Positions 21,780 through 32,768 are shown, counted from the first letter of the whole stretch. The stretch: 62,672 nt of DNA, filler included, from 8 parts of 8 records of this genome joined end to end with filler, not necessarily neighbours in it; one strand, 5' to 3'. Made by a program: numbers and translations. Notes: a model not told the origin generated them from the sequence alone.

Positions 21780-23372
21780 TTAACGAAGTAATTTAGCTAA
21801 TTCTGCTAATTTTTCATTCGATTTAATACTTTCTACTACAAATGATGATACTTTTAAAGCTCCATTTTCTTGTAAATGAGTACTGTCAGGTTTATCATAG
21901 TTTCCAGTTTTTCCAGCTTTGTAGTATGGGTAATCAGCAGGATCTACAGCTAACCAGTAGTTTTTCCAAGCTGGATGACCAATTGAATTAACCCAGTTAA
22001 TAGTTTTCGTATCTAGATCAATTACTTCTATACCATTTGCTTTCGCTGTATCTTTAATAGTTTGAGAATAGTTTCCTACATATTTTCCTGAACTTTTTTC
22101 TCTATAAACAATATGAGTAGATGATTCTATAGGAAATACACCTGTAGTTTTATCAGAAGCTTTTTTTACTCTTGTAATAGGAGTTAATAATATTGGTGTA
22201 ACTTGTTTTGATTTAGCTAAATCAACATATTTTTCAAGCCATCTTTGAAATGACATATCATCGCTACCTTGAATATCTCCCATTGCATCATTTGGATATG
22301 TCGCGGTATTCTTTCTATCATATGCATCTCTTTCTTTTCCTTTAGTTCCACCACTTTTTTCATCATTATGACCAAACTCTATAAACAGGTAATCACCTGG
22401 TTGCATATATTCCTCTATCATATCTAACCAACCTTCATTGATATATGATCTAGAACTTCTTCCAGAGATAGCAGCATTTACAACTAATACATTTGCATCA
22501 TCTTTGAAGTAATTTTGGAATACCTGTGCCCATCCTGCTCTTGGAGCTCTTTCTGATGGGTAGTTAGAAAGAGTAGAATCTCCTGCAATGAATACTCTTG
22601 TAACATTTTTATCAGCTAACTCTTTCTTTAACTCTAATGATTTTTTATAATCTAGATAATCATTTTTTGATAATGGGTGAAAATTAAGATCAAAAATCAA
22701 AGTTCCAGATACTTTTCCCGATTTAGTGTGATAACTTCTATTATGTCTAATTAACGAGTAAATCTCAAATAGTTTATCATTCATTGGAGTAGTTACAGGA
22801 TTGTATGAAGCAACGTCTATTCCTGTATCTTCCAGAGCTTTATTGATTAACACTAATTGTTCTGCTGTTTTTTCAGCTATAACTTCTGCTGTGATTCCTT
22901 CTGTTGTTTTTTTCTTTTTCTTGATTAATCCAACTGGACCTTGAAAAGAAAGAGTTTTTGCTACATCTGAAACAACTGCATCAGTTATTGGGTTAACATT
23001 TGCAACGTTAACTGTTCTCTCTTTAACAGAAGCAACTAAAGCAGCAACAGCTTTTCCTCTTTGCTTGCTGTTATCATTAATATTTGATATTCCTTTTTCA
23101 GTGACACTTACTAAAAATGGTGCATCCATCCCATTAATTACAACTGAGTATTTACCATTTTTATCTGTCTTCGTCATTGCAGTTTTTCCTGCTATGTCTG
23201 CTACAGTTACATCAGCATATGACATAGGTGTTAATGATACTGCATAACCACTAAGTTCTGTAAGATTACTTTGTTGCTCTACTTCTTCTTTTACTTGAGT
23301 ATCTGTACAACTAATAAACAGTGTAGACATTATTAATAAAACCAAACTTGCCACAAATTTTCTGTTTAGCAT
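21780..23372 (-). CDS. Pectin/rhamnogalacturonan acetylesterase (CE12, SGNH fold), PaeY-like lipoprotein
   Basis: Lipobox FISC. Catalytic blocks AGDST, GWAQ, AISGRSSRSY, FGHND and DSTH. Extra N-terminal domain. Confidence 0.85.
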   Translation of the reverse strand: MLNRKFVASLVLLIMSTLFISCTDTQVKEEVEQQSNLTELSGYAVSLTPMSYADVTVADIAGKTAMTKTDKNGKYSVVINGMDAPFLVSVTEKGISNINDNSKQRGKAVAALVASVKERTVNVANVNPITDAVVSDVAKTLSFQGPVGLIKKKKKTTEGITAEVIAEKTAEQLVLINKALEDTGIDVASYNPVTTPMNDKLFEIYSLIRHNRSYHTKSGKVSGTLIFDLNFHPLSKNDYLDYKKSLELKKELADKNVTRVFIAGDSTLSNYPSERAPRAGWAQVFQNYFKDDANVLVVNAAISGRSSRSYINEGWLDMIEEYMQPGDYLFIEFGHNDEKSGGTKGKERDAYDRKNTATYPNDAMGDIQGSDDMSFQRWLEKYVDLAKSKQVTPILLTPITRVKKASDKTTGVFPIESSTHIVYREKSSGKYVGNYSQTIKDTAKANGIEVIDLDTKTINWVNSIGHPAWKNYWLAVDPADYPYYKAGKTGNYDKPDSTHLQENGALKVSSFVVESIKSNEKLAELAKLLR

Positions 23373-23432
23373 TATGTTCTCCTTTTTGTTATAAGTTAAA
23401 ACAATATATAATAACCTAGCACTAATAACAAT

Positions 23433-23467
23433 CCAAGCCGACTAATAAAATTTATCAGTCAACTTGG
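23433..23467 (-). terminator. Stem-loop between the PL9 and acetylesterase genes
   Basis: On the minus strand CCAAGTTGACTGATAAA pairs with TTTATTAGTCGGCTTGG (G-U allowed). Weak U tail. Confidence 0.45.
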
Positions 23468-23511
23468 GTATAATTATAAATTATAAAAATTGCTTGATAA
23501 TTAAGTTTATT

Positions 23512-26500
23512 CTAGTCTAAGAAGCTGAAATCAACACTTCCATCAGCATTTCTTGTAACCACTGATGGCATTACAAGATCAGCCTGTTCTAATACTTTTA
23601 ATTCATTTCCTTTGCTATTAACTGTTTTATCTCCGTTGAAGAAATAGTTTTGATTACTTTTATCTTCATCAGCTATTACATCACTCTCTGCTTCTAGTTT
23701 ATTAGCAAAATGATATGAGTAAAAGTTGTTAATTGTAAAGTCTAAATCAATTCCTGTATAACTAGAAAAATTTACATTTCTTTTATTGTTAAAACTTACA
23801 TTATTTTCAGCTATTACACCAGGGTTACTGTTACTAGTAAATCCATCTGCAAAGTTTCCAAATGCAACACTGTTCTTGATTACATGGTGAACGTTTAACC
23901 CTTCTCCACCAAGTTTGAATCCGTTACCATCTCCTTTACCTGGCTTCTTACCAACTAAAGCACCATTTCCATATACCACACTATTTAGTATAGTTACAGG
24001 TCCTATTTTACCAGTTCCTACTTTAGCATACAAATCCCAACCATCATCTGCATTATTATGAGATATACAACCATCAAATACATTTCCATATCCAACTGTT
24101 AATTTCGCTGCAAATCCATCTGCATTATTTTCAGAAGGATCAGAGTTATTGTATGAAGTACAGTTTTTAACCAGGTTATATGAAGGCCAGTTAGCAATGT
24201 TATACTCAGTATAATCTGTTCTAGCGATCTGCATCCCCGTATCTCCATTTTCATAAAATTCACAGAACTCTATAACATTGTGGTTTCCTCCAAGTACATA
24301 ACCTCTTCTGTTTGGAGCTGATTGAGTAAAATCAAGTCCATATATATGCCAGTAATTACCACTATGGATTACTCCTTCTACTCTTCTATTGAAATCTATA
24401 ACAGGTCTAGCTCCTTTTTCAGCAACTATTCTCTTTACCTTTTTCTTTGTTCCATCATTATATTTTGCTATGATTAAACTTTTGTTTCTTTCATATCTAC
24501 CAGCTTTTACTACTATTGTTTGTCCTGGCATTACAAAATCAATTGCTGTATCTAAATCAAGAGGTTTTGCTTCTGAACCATCACCATTAGGTGTTCCATT
24601 CACAGCAACATACATATCTTTACCATCTCTATATGTTCTCATATCAACTGTAAAGTTCTTAATTATTGACTCATACGAAGTTAGGAACTGAGTATTGTTT
24701 GGAGTAAATAGTATACTAAAATTTGTTTCCTTATTTGCATCTAGCAAAGTTTTAAATTTAGTTTTTTCTCCAGCTTTTACTTCATAATCCTCAGCAATAA
24801 GTTCTTTTCCTTTTCTAACATTTACAATTCCATCAACATTCGATTTTATTAATAAAGAATAATCTTCAGTTGATACTTTTTCAAGCGATTCAACTAAAAT
24901 TGATGGTGATAATGCTTTTTTAGGTTTCTCTATTTTTGGTGCGTCTACTCTTGCAGAGCTAACTTGTAAACTTACATTGCTTACTTCGATATCTGCAACA
25001 CGAGCAGCAAAGAATCCTACATACATTTTATTATCTTGTACTTTTAATATTTCCGGTTCAAGTATTAAAACTTCTTCTCCGTTATCTATTTTTCCCGTAA
25101 ATCCACTATTTGTTTTAACTAATGTTAATCTATAAGGTGTGTTTTTGCTATTAGGTCTCTCTTGTTTAATCATCGTTTTTTGTAGACCTTTACTTCCTGC
25201 ACCATTCTGAGCAGTAACACCTGTTCTAACTAATAATTGCGTACCGTTCTTATATTTAGTACCACCACTGAAACCACCTAAAATTGCTATATTTGATGCA
25301 GATAAAGCAGAATCGCCATTTACACCAAGCGCATCTCTAGCCATAAGTCCAAACGACTCTTGTCCATCATGAGATTTTTTAGCATATGATTTCACTTTTA
25401 CATCTGCTGATAGTGTGAAGTTATCTTTATTAGCATCTAACTCCACATAATAGAATGTAATTCCATCGTGATCACCTGTTATTTTTCCACCACCGTTAAG
25501 TGCAGCTACTTCAATAACATCACCGGTTTTTTTCACAAAGTTTTTCGCTTTTACTTTTGTTGATTGTCCAAATATTGACGTTTTCCACTCATATGTTTTT
25601 TTCGCTCTAACGACAGTTTTTAATTCAACTGTTGCATTGGCAGTTTTGATTTCAACTGTATATTCTCCAGGTTTTTTTGCATTAAAATCACTTGCATCAA
25701 CTTTATATGCTTTTACCTCTTCCGCATCTCCATTATCATAGATATTAGAAACTATCATACCTGTTGAATCAAATTTTTCACCTACATAATATGTTGTTCT
25801 AGGGTATTTTGTTAAAGCTACTTTTTCTAAGCCCTTCTCTTTTACATTTACAACTAAGTTTCTACTGTTATTTTTGTGATGTATTTTTAATACTTTAATA
25901 CCTGTTGATGATGAATCAAGCTCATCAACTGTATATTCGTCATTAGTTAACCTCACTTTTGATCCATCCATATATTCTGCATATACCACCATACCTGTTA
26001 GGTCAAGTTTTTCACCTAAGAAGTACTCAATCTTTTCTGGTAACTCTTTTACATTTAGGTAGTACATTCTCGTATCTATTACATCTACAGAAAATTTCGA
26101 GCTAATCGCTGAATTTTCCTTTGATGTTATTTTCACTTCATATTCTCCGGCATCTGTAAATACATATGCTTTTTCAGATGTTGTATCTACACCATTTACA
26201 GTGATAGAATAGTCCGAATCATTTAATTCTACTAGCTTATAGCCATCATTATAATCTGCTATAACAGACATCCCTTCAGCTTTAAATTTATCCAATTTAT
26301 AGTATGACATCTTAGCAGGTAGATATTTAACATTTAATTTTGTTAAACTTAAATCTTTTACATCTACTGCAAAACTCTTAGCCAAACCATTATAATTTAC
26401 CATTACTTCTGCTTTTCCTGCTTTACTACTATTAAATCCTGTAAGGATATAATCTGCAGGTGTAAGAATTTTTTCGCTTCCATTACTTAATATTGCTTTT

Positions 26501-27273
26501 ACACTTAATCCCTCTTGGCTAATTTTTTCGCCAATTAGGTAATCTTTTCTACTAAGTTTTGAACTATCTACTAATAATTCACTAACTTCTGATTTATCTT
26601 TCTTTATCTCTATATTCTTAAAAACTACATCTGCATTTCTAACTACATATGTACCAACATATAGCTTTTTACCAGTGAATTTCATATTATCAATTATTAC
26701 TGGTTCCTCATCTCCAACTGTAACTTGATAAATATCCCCTGACTTTTTAATGTTCAGTTTTAATGTATCTCCTACTAGCGGGCTGTAAGTAAATTTTCCT
26801 TTTTTAGATAATTTTTTGTCTTTTCTTACAAGTGCATAGTTTACACTTGATTTCTTTAAGTTTAGCGGACCTGCTGCGATATAGTTACTTACAAAAGATT
26901 TTTCACTTTTATTAACTAATATCTCATCTCTAAGCATCAAACCAAATGAAACTTGATTATTTTTACTATAATTTTTAATCTCAAGATCTGCACTAATTTC
27001 AAAGTTTTCACTTGAATCCAGCTCTTTATAATAAAACATAAGGCCATCTGTACTACTTGAGATTTTTCCTTTATTCCCTGATACTTTCATGCTAAGAGCG
27101 CTGGCTGGCTCTCCTTTAATTTTAAAATATTTCTCTGATATTTTGTCTTGTCCTCCTACATTACCAAATACTGTAAATTGCCAGTTATTTGAAGCGAAGA
27201 CATTCATTGATCCTAATAATAATAACACTGTGACATAAATAAATTTTTCTACTATATCTCTATTTCTTTTCAC
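23512..27273 (-). CDS. Multimodular pectate lyase, family PL9 (PelX-like), with Ig-like repeats
   Basis: Signal peptide. C-terminal ENNADGFAAKL, NNADDGWDLY, GDGNGFKLGG. Four K.xY..GE.LD..GM.V.A.Y.DG (Big_3-like) repeats. Confidence 0.88.
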   Translation of the reverse strand: MKRNRDIVEKFIYVTVLLLLGSMNVFASNNWQFTVFGNVGGQDKISEKYFKIKGEPASALSMKVSGNKGKISSSTDGLMFYYKELDSSENFEISADLEIKNYSKNNQVSFGLMLRDEILVNKSEKSFVSNYIAAGPLNLKKSSVNYALVRKDKKLSKKGKFTYSPLVGDTLKLNIKKSGDIYQVTVGDEEPVIIDNMKFTGKKLYVGTYVVRNADVVFKNIEIKKDKSEVSELLVDSSKLSRKDYLIGEKISQEGLSVKAILSNGSEKILTPADYILTGFNSSKAGKAEVMVNYNGLAKSFAVDVKDLSLTKLNVKYLPAKMSYYKLDKFKAEGMSVIADYNDGYKLVELNDSDYSITVNGVDTTSEKAYVFTDAGEYEVKITSKENSAISSKFSVDVIDTRMYYLNVKELPEKIEYFLGEKLDLTGMVVYAEYMDGSKVRLTNDEYTVDELDSSSTGIKVLKIHHKNNSRNLVVNVKEKGLEKVALTKYPRTTYYVGEKFDSTGMIVSNIYDNGDAEEVKAYKVDASDFNAKKPGEYTVEIKTANATVELKTVVRAKKTYEWKTSIFGQSTKVKAKNFVKKTGDVIEVAALNGGGKITGDHDGITFYYVELDANKDNFTLSADVKVKSYAKKSHDGQESFGLMARDALGVNGDSALSASNIAILGGFSGGTKYKNGTQLLVRTGVTAQNGAGSKGLQKTMIKQERPNSKNTPYRLTLVKTNSGFTGKIDNGEEVLILEPEILKVQDNKMYVGFFAARVADIEVSNVSLQVSSARVDAPKIEKPKKALSPSILVESLEKVSTEDYSLLIKSNVDGIVNVRKGKELIAEDYEVKAGEKTKFKTLLDANKETNFSILFTPNNTQFLTSYESIIKNFTVDMRTYRDGKDMYVAVNGTPNGDGSEAKPLDLDTAIDFVMPGQTIVVKAGRYERNKSLIIAKYNDGTKKKVKRIVAEKGARPVIDFNRRVEGVIHSGNYWHIYGLDFTQSAPNRRGYVLGGNHNVIEFCEFYENGDTGMQIARTDYTEYNIANWPSYNLVKNCTSYNNSDPSENNADGFAAKLTVGYGNVFDGCISHNNADDGWDLYAKVGTGKIGPVTILNSVVYGNGALVGKKPGKGDGNGFKLGGEGLNVHHVIKNSVAFGNFADGFTSNSNPGVIAENNVSFNNKRNVNFSSYTGIDLDFTINNFYSYHFANKLEAESDVIADEDKSNQNYFFNGDKTVNSKGNELKVLEQADLVMPSVVTRNADGSVDFSFLD

Positions 27274-27292
27274 TATTTCACCTCCAGTAATT

Positions 27293-28444
27293 TTACTTCA
27301 ATCCAAATTTAGCATCTAACCAGTCATATGAAGCGTCTTGTTGCTCTTTATAAAACACGTGTCCATATTCCCATATCTTAGTTTCAAGATTTTCTCCAGA
27401 TCCACTTGCATCCCATATTTTGTGCATTTTACCAAAGGCTTCTTTAGCACTTTCCACAGGGAATAATCCATCTTTCATTCCAGCATTAAATAATACAGGC
27501 TTTGGAGCTGCCAGTCCAGCAATATCAGGGTAATCAAGATATTGTCCCAAGAATGGATGTAACATTGTGTAAGCTGATGAACCTTTTAATTGGTTATTAC
27601 CTTCAACCATTAAACCTTTCATTGTAGCCATCCAATTTTCAACTACTGCTGCTTTTATGTCATCTGACATTGCTGCCAATTGCCATGCTCTAAAAGCACC
27701 CATTGAAAATCCAACTGCTGCAACTTTGTCTTTGTCTACACCGTCCATATTTGCTAAAAATTTAGCTGCTCTAGCATCTTCAAAAGCTATAAGACCTGCG
27801 TATGATGAACCTAGATTATAAAAGTTTGATGCTAAAGATTGCTGAGAATTTTTATTGTATCCATCAACTGTACGATCTCCCCATCCTAATGCATCGAAGC
27901 TTAGTACTACATAACCTCTTTTTGCAAGCTCATCTCCTGGGTATGTTCCTGTAAAGTATTTTTTACTCCATTTTTCAGATGATTTTAATCTTTCATCGTC
28001 ACCCCATGTTTCAACCATTTTTTCTTTTCCAATATCAAATTTTGCTCCATGATCATGAAGCATCAATGCTGCTGGAAATGGTCCTTCACCTTTAGGAACT
28101 AACAATAATGCCATAACTCTACTATCTTGAGTAAGGTTAAATACAACCTTTTTCGCAGTATAAGTTCCTCTGTCAATTTCATCAATTACTGTTGGGTTAA
28201 ACTCTGTGTTATCATAAAAAGGTAGTATATATTCTTTGGCTTTTTTAAGACCTTCACCCTTCCATTTTTGGAAATTTTTCACATTATCATCCCAACCTAA
28301 GCTGAATTCCATTCTGTCTCTCATTCTTTCATAAAAAACAGGTAGTGATCTGTCTGGGGCTGTAATTCCTTGTTTTTGATAGTCATCAGCACAATACAGT
28401 GTAGATGACGCCAGTAGTAAACCTAATAGTAGTGATTTTTTCAT
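27293..28444 (-). CDS. Secreted alpha/beta hydrolase (dienelactone hydrolase/acetyl esterase-like)
   Basis: Signal peptide, LHDHG, VGFSMG nucleophile motif, DGLF, GHVF. Confidence 0.75.
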   Translation of the reverse strand: MKKSLLLGLLLASSTLYCADDYQKQGITAPDRSLPVFYERMRDRMEFSLGWDDNVKNFQKWKGEGLKKAKEYILPFYDNTEFNPTVIDEIDRGTYTAKKVVFNLTQDSRVMALLLVPKGEGPFPAALMLHDHGAKFDIGKEKMVETWGDDERLKSSEKWSKKYFTGTYPGDELAKRGYVVLSFDALGWGDRTVDGYNKNSQQSLASNFYNLGSSYAGLIAFEDARAAKFLANMDGVDKDKVAAVGFSMGAFRAWQLAAMSDDIKAAVVENWMATMKGLMVEGNNQLKGSSAYTMLHPFLGQYLDYPDIAGLAAPKPVLFNAGMKDGLFPVESAKEAFGKMHKIWDASGSGENLETKIWEYGHVFYKEQQDASYDWLDAKFGLK

Positions 28445-28666
28445 TTATAACCTCCATTAAATATTTATTTAAAAAACTTCGTAACCCTACAAAATTACGA
28501 ATATTTTTTATTCCAATTTCTGTTCTAAGTATTAATAATTTTACTTTCCTTATAAAATTTCCCTCAATAGGGTCATTGTAATATTATTTAATGATATTAA
28601 TAGAGAACTTAGAGTTTTCATCTAATTTTAGTTTTTTTACTTTTTTGGAGTAATTTATTACTCAAA

Positions 28667-28706
28667 TTAGAGCTTCACACAGCAACATTGCCATATAAAG
28701 CTCTAA
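28667..28706 (-). terminator. Stem-loop downstream of the isomerase gene
   Basis: TTAGAGCTT...AAGCTCTAA inverted repeat with G-U extension, starting just after the stop codon. Confidence 0.5.
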
Positions 28707-28714
28707 ACTATCAC

Positions 28715-29094
28715 CTATACTTCTCTGTAAATATTATTTAAATGCTCTACACACTCGCCAACTTTTTCTGGAACCGAGTTTTCTAGTAAAACATCTATAC
28801 CAGGTTTATACTCTTTCAATATTTTGATTAAAGGTTTATAATCAAACATTCCAGAGCCAGTGTAAACTGTTTGCATTACTCCGTTTTCTATCACATAATC
28901 TTTTGAATGAACACATGCAATTCTGTCACCAAACAGGTCAAATGATTTTTTCACTATATCCTGTTGATTCATATGGTTTTCTTCATCTAATAGATTAACC
29001 GGGTCAAATATAACTTGTAGATTATTTGATCCAATAATATCAATTAATTTCTTCATCTTTTTCAGAGTATTAATAATATGTCTCGCTACGCCCT
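28715..29094 (-). CDS. Sugar-phosphate isomerase/epimerase (xylose-isomerase-like TIM barrel), 5'-truncated
   Basis: VIFDPVNL, VHSKD, GSGMFDY, LLEN. Confidence 0.75.
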
Positions 29095-29194
29095 NNNNNN
29101 NNNNNNNNNNNNNNNNNNNNNNNNNNNNNNNNNNNNNNTTAATTAATTAANNNNNNNNNNNNNNNNNNNNNNNNNNNNNNNNNNNNNNNNNNNN
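29095..29194. other. Artificial contig spacer
   Basis: N44-TTAATTAATTAA-N44. Confidence 0.98.
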
Positions 29195-29243
29195 TTTGCT
29201 TAATTATATACCAATAATAAACTTAAAAGAAGGAAGCCTTATT

Positions 29244-30623
29244 ATGATTATTAAAAATGGTAAAGTCTTTTTGGACAGTGATTTTCATGACGTCGATATT
29301 TTAGAAAAAGACGGAAAAATTATAAAAATATCTGAAAATATAGATTTAAGTGAAAATGCGGATGGGCAGATTTTTGATGCAAATGGTAATTATATATTGC
29401 CAGGTGCAATAGATGTGCATACACATTTTGACTTAGACTTAGGAAACGTTAAGGCAAACGACGATTTTTACACCGGAAGCATCGCAGCTGTTTGTGGTGG
29501 CACTACTTCTATTGTTGATCATATTGGCTTTGGACCAAAGGGTTGTAAGTTGGATCATCAAATTGAAGTTTACCATAAAAAGGCGGATGGTAAATGCGTA
29601 GTTGATTATGGCTTTCATGGTGTTATTCAGCACGTAGATGATGATGTTTTAAACATGATGGAAAAGCTAGTAGCAAAAGGGATTACTAGTTATAAAGTAT
29701 ATATGACATATGACGGAAAGCTTTCTGATGGGGATATTATGAAAGTTTTTTTAAGAGCAAAGGAGCTTGATATATTAATAGCTATTCATGCGGAAAACGA
29801 TGCTGTTATTAATCAGTTAAAATCCTTGTATATAAATGCCGATATGAAAGCACCATTGTATCACGCGCTTTCGCGCCCAGAACTTTGTGAAGCAGAGGCT
29901 ATTAACAGAATGCTTTGTTTAGGACATATGATAAAAGAGGTGCCGCTTTACTTTGTGCATACCACAAATTTTTATAGCCTAGATTATATAGATTATTTTA
30001 AAAATGACGGATATAATAATGTGTTTGTAGAAACCTGCCCGCAGTATTTATTGCTTGATGAAAGCTACTATGAAAGAGAGGATGGGCTAAAGTTTATTTT
30101 AAGCCCACCACTAAGACCTGCTGAAAATAACGAGTATTTGCTGGATGCTATAAACGATGGAGAAATTGACATTGTTGCAACTGACCATTGTCCATTTGCA
30201 TATGAAGGTGATAAACAGCTGGGTAAGGATGATTTTTCAAAATGTCCTAATGGGATGCCTGGGGTAGAGCTTAGATATCCTCTTATGATGGATATGGCGA
30301 TCAATAAAAAAATAAGTTTTATAACGTTAATTGATACCTGCTGTAAAACGCCAGCAAAACTTTTTGGTTTAAAAAACAAAGGTGAAATTGCTGTTGGCAA
30401 GGATATGGATATTGTGATAGTTGATTTTGAAAAACGACAAAGAATTGATGTAAAAAACCTTCATGAAAATGTGGATTACACACCTTATCAAGATATTGAG
30501 ATTGATGGAAAAATTGAAAGCGTATTTTTGCGAGGCAAACAGTTGGTGAAGGACAATGAGTTTATAAGCAAAAAAGGATATGGAGAATTTATTAAAAGAG
30601 AGAGGTTTAATGAAAATGTATAA
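29244..30623 (+). CDS. hydA: Dihydropyrimidinase (D-hydantoinase)
   Basis: PGAIDVHTH, GGTTSIVD, SYKVYM, HAEN, ETCPQYL, ATDHCPF, PNGMPGVE. ATG at 29244. Confidence 0.88.
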   Translation: MIIKNGKVFLDSDFHDVDILEKDGKIIKISENIDLSENADGQIFDANGNYILPGAIDVHTHFDLDLGNVKANDDFYTGSIAAVCGGTTSIVDHIGFGPKGCKLDHQIEVYHKKADGKCVVDYGFHGVIQHVDDDVLNMMEKLVAKGITSYKVYMTYDGKLSDGDIMKVFLRAKELDILIAIHAENDAVINQLKSLYINADMKAPLYHALSRPELCEAEAINRMLCLGHMIKEVPLYFVHTTNFYSLDYIDYFKNDGYNNVFVETCPQYLLLDESYYEREDGLKFILSPPLRPAENNEYLLDAINDGEIDIVATDHCPFAYEGDKQLGKDDFSKCPNGMPGVELRYPLMMDMAINKKISFITLIDTCCKTPAKLFGLKNKGEIAVGKDMDIVIVDFEKRQRIDVKNLHENVDYTPYQDIEIDGKIESVFLRGKQLVKDNEFISKKGYGEFIKRERFNENV

Positions 30624-31077
30624 AGAGATTGACGTATATGATTATATGAACGATATAGTAAAAGGTGTAAAAAAAGGTGTGCTGCTTACCACAAAATCTG
30701 GTGATAAGGTGAACAGTATGACAATATCATGGCGTAAAATTGGTATAGAGTGGAATAAGCTTATCTTTGTTACATATGTTAGACAAAATAGGTTTACCAA
30801 AAAGTTACTGGACAAAAATGCAGAGTTTACAATTAATATACCATTAAATAATAGTGTTTCTGATATACTTAAACACTGTGGGACAACAAGCGGAAAAATT
30901 AGAGATAAGATTTCTGAATTAAACTTGGATTTAGTAGAATCAAGAAAAATTTCTGTTCCTGTAATAAAACAGCTTCCGCTAACGCTTGAGTGCAAGGTTA
31001 TATATAAGCAGCTTCAGGATAAAGATTATCATATTGCGTTTTATGGTGAAGTTGTAGACGCATATATTATTAAATAA
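30610..31077 (+). CDS. Flavin reductase-like FMN-binding protein
   Basis: NSMTISW, VRQNRFT, FTINIP, CGTTSG..DKI, TLECKV, YHIAFYGEV. Confidence 0.8.
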   Translation: MKMYKEIDVYDYMNDIVKGVKKGVLLTTKSGDKVNSMTISWRKIGIEWNKLIFVTYVRQNRFTKKLLDKNAEFTINIPLNNSVSDILKHCGTTSGKIRDKISELNLDLVESRKISVPVIKQLPLTLECKVIYKQLQDKDYHIAFYGEVVDAYIIK

Positions 31078-31089
31078 GGTTGAGGTTAA

Positions 31090-32603
31090 ATGAGAAAAAA
31101 GACAACGAGCTTGATGATATTGCTTTTAATTATCACTATGTTTTTTGTTCATGTGTAAATCAAGAAACAAGTGATTTGGCAGAAAAAGAAATTATCGAAA
31201 ATGAACCAACTGAAATTGAAGGCGAAGTAAGCTTGGATAGCGAACAACAGCCAGAGCAGATAGAAAATGAAGCCCAGCAAGAAGAGAGCGATGCTAAATA
31301 TATATTTTTAGTCATTGGTGATGGCATGGGTCAAACTCATCTAAAGCTTGGTGATATGTTTTTAAAAATAGTTTATGGTGATATGAGCGAAAGCGGTGCT
31401 TGGAATGATTTTGAGTTTAAAACGGATGTAATGGGAGGCGTTGAATCTTCGCGTGGAGGAACAATGCTCTCTACAGGAGTTGAGATTCCGTCCGGTAGAA
31501 TTTCAAACTACGAGGGTGAGGATTTAACTACAATTGTAGATATAGCAAAAGCAAATGGTCTTGCAACGGGCGTTATTTCAAACGCTTCTTTTGTAGATGC
31601 AACACCGGCTTCCTTTTTATCTCATACTGATATAAGGAGTAAAAACCAAGAGCTTGCAAAAGGCATATACGAATCAAATGCGGATATAATAATGGGTGGA
31701 GGTATAGAATACACTTACCCAAATGATGGTATTCGTGAATCTATTATAGATGCATCTGGTAGAGAAGTAATGCTGCCTATGAAAAATTACAATTTGGTGG
31801 AAGTATTGCAGGATAATGGATACGAGACCTTTGTAGGCAAAGACGCATCTGCCGAGGTGAAAAACGGCAATACATATGAAAAAGCGTTTTTCTCTTTTAC
31901 AAGAACAGATATGATGTTTAACTTTATGAGAAAAACTTCGAGGCAAAAAGAAGCACAAAAGGATATGCCAGAATTGGACGAGTTAACAGCGCTGACGATA
32001 AAGTCTTTAGAGCAAGACGAAGATGGCTTTTTCTTGATGGTAGAAGAATCTGCTAACGATGATGCATCTCACCTTAAGGTTGCAAGTTATATTGCTACAG
32101 AAATGGGTATGATGGACAAGACATTGGATGTGATCATTGATTTTTATAACAAACACCCGCAAAATACAACCATTGTTTTAGTGGCAGACCATGAGTGCGG
32201 TAATTTAAAACTTAACGAAGATAAGTATCAAAAGTTTACTGATATTGAAAAAGGAATACCGTGGGATAAATCGGCTAGAGAGATTAATGAATTTTTAAGA
32301 TCCGAAATTGGACATGAGATTGATATAAATATATTGAATACGACAAAGGAATATATAGATTCTGATTTTTATGGACGAGATTTTGAAAACAGAATGTTGG
32401 CATCTGGTGCTATTGTAAACAGAATATGCAGAGAGTATGGTATCGAGATAAGGTCAGATGTACACTCTTATCAAAATGTTCCGCTTCATGTAAAAGGACA
32501 ATATGCAAATGAGTTTGATAGCGCTAGGATAATATCTGATGTTCCAAAGATATTGTGTGATGTTTGGGGTTTAGAAGGTGATTTAGGATTAAAGGGAGAT
32601 TAG
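31090..32603 (+). CDS. Alkaline phosphatase family lipoprotein; frameshift in the signal peptide near 31143
   Basis: FLVIGDGMG, ESS..GT.LSTG, DATPASF, FFLMVE, ADHE. MRKKTTSLMILLLIITMFF from ATG 31090 joins CSC in the long frame across a T run. Confidence 0.75.
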
Positions 32604-32636
32604 AGCTTTTTTATTAAAGAAGAATATTTAAAATAT

Positions 32637-32670
32637 AAAGGCGTTTATGGTTGCACTGTAAGTGCCTTTT
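32637..32670 (+). terminator. Intrinsic terminator
   Basis: AAAGGCGTTTATGG / CTGTAAGTGCCTTTT stem with G-U pairs, after the phosphatase gene. Confidence 0.5.
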
Positions 32671-32768
32671 AATATATAATCCATATATATCATTTTTATT
32701 ACAAAATTCATATATCAAAACGCTATTATTTATCTATTTTTAGGCAAAAATATATATGAAAGAGGAAA

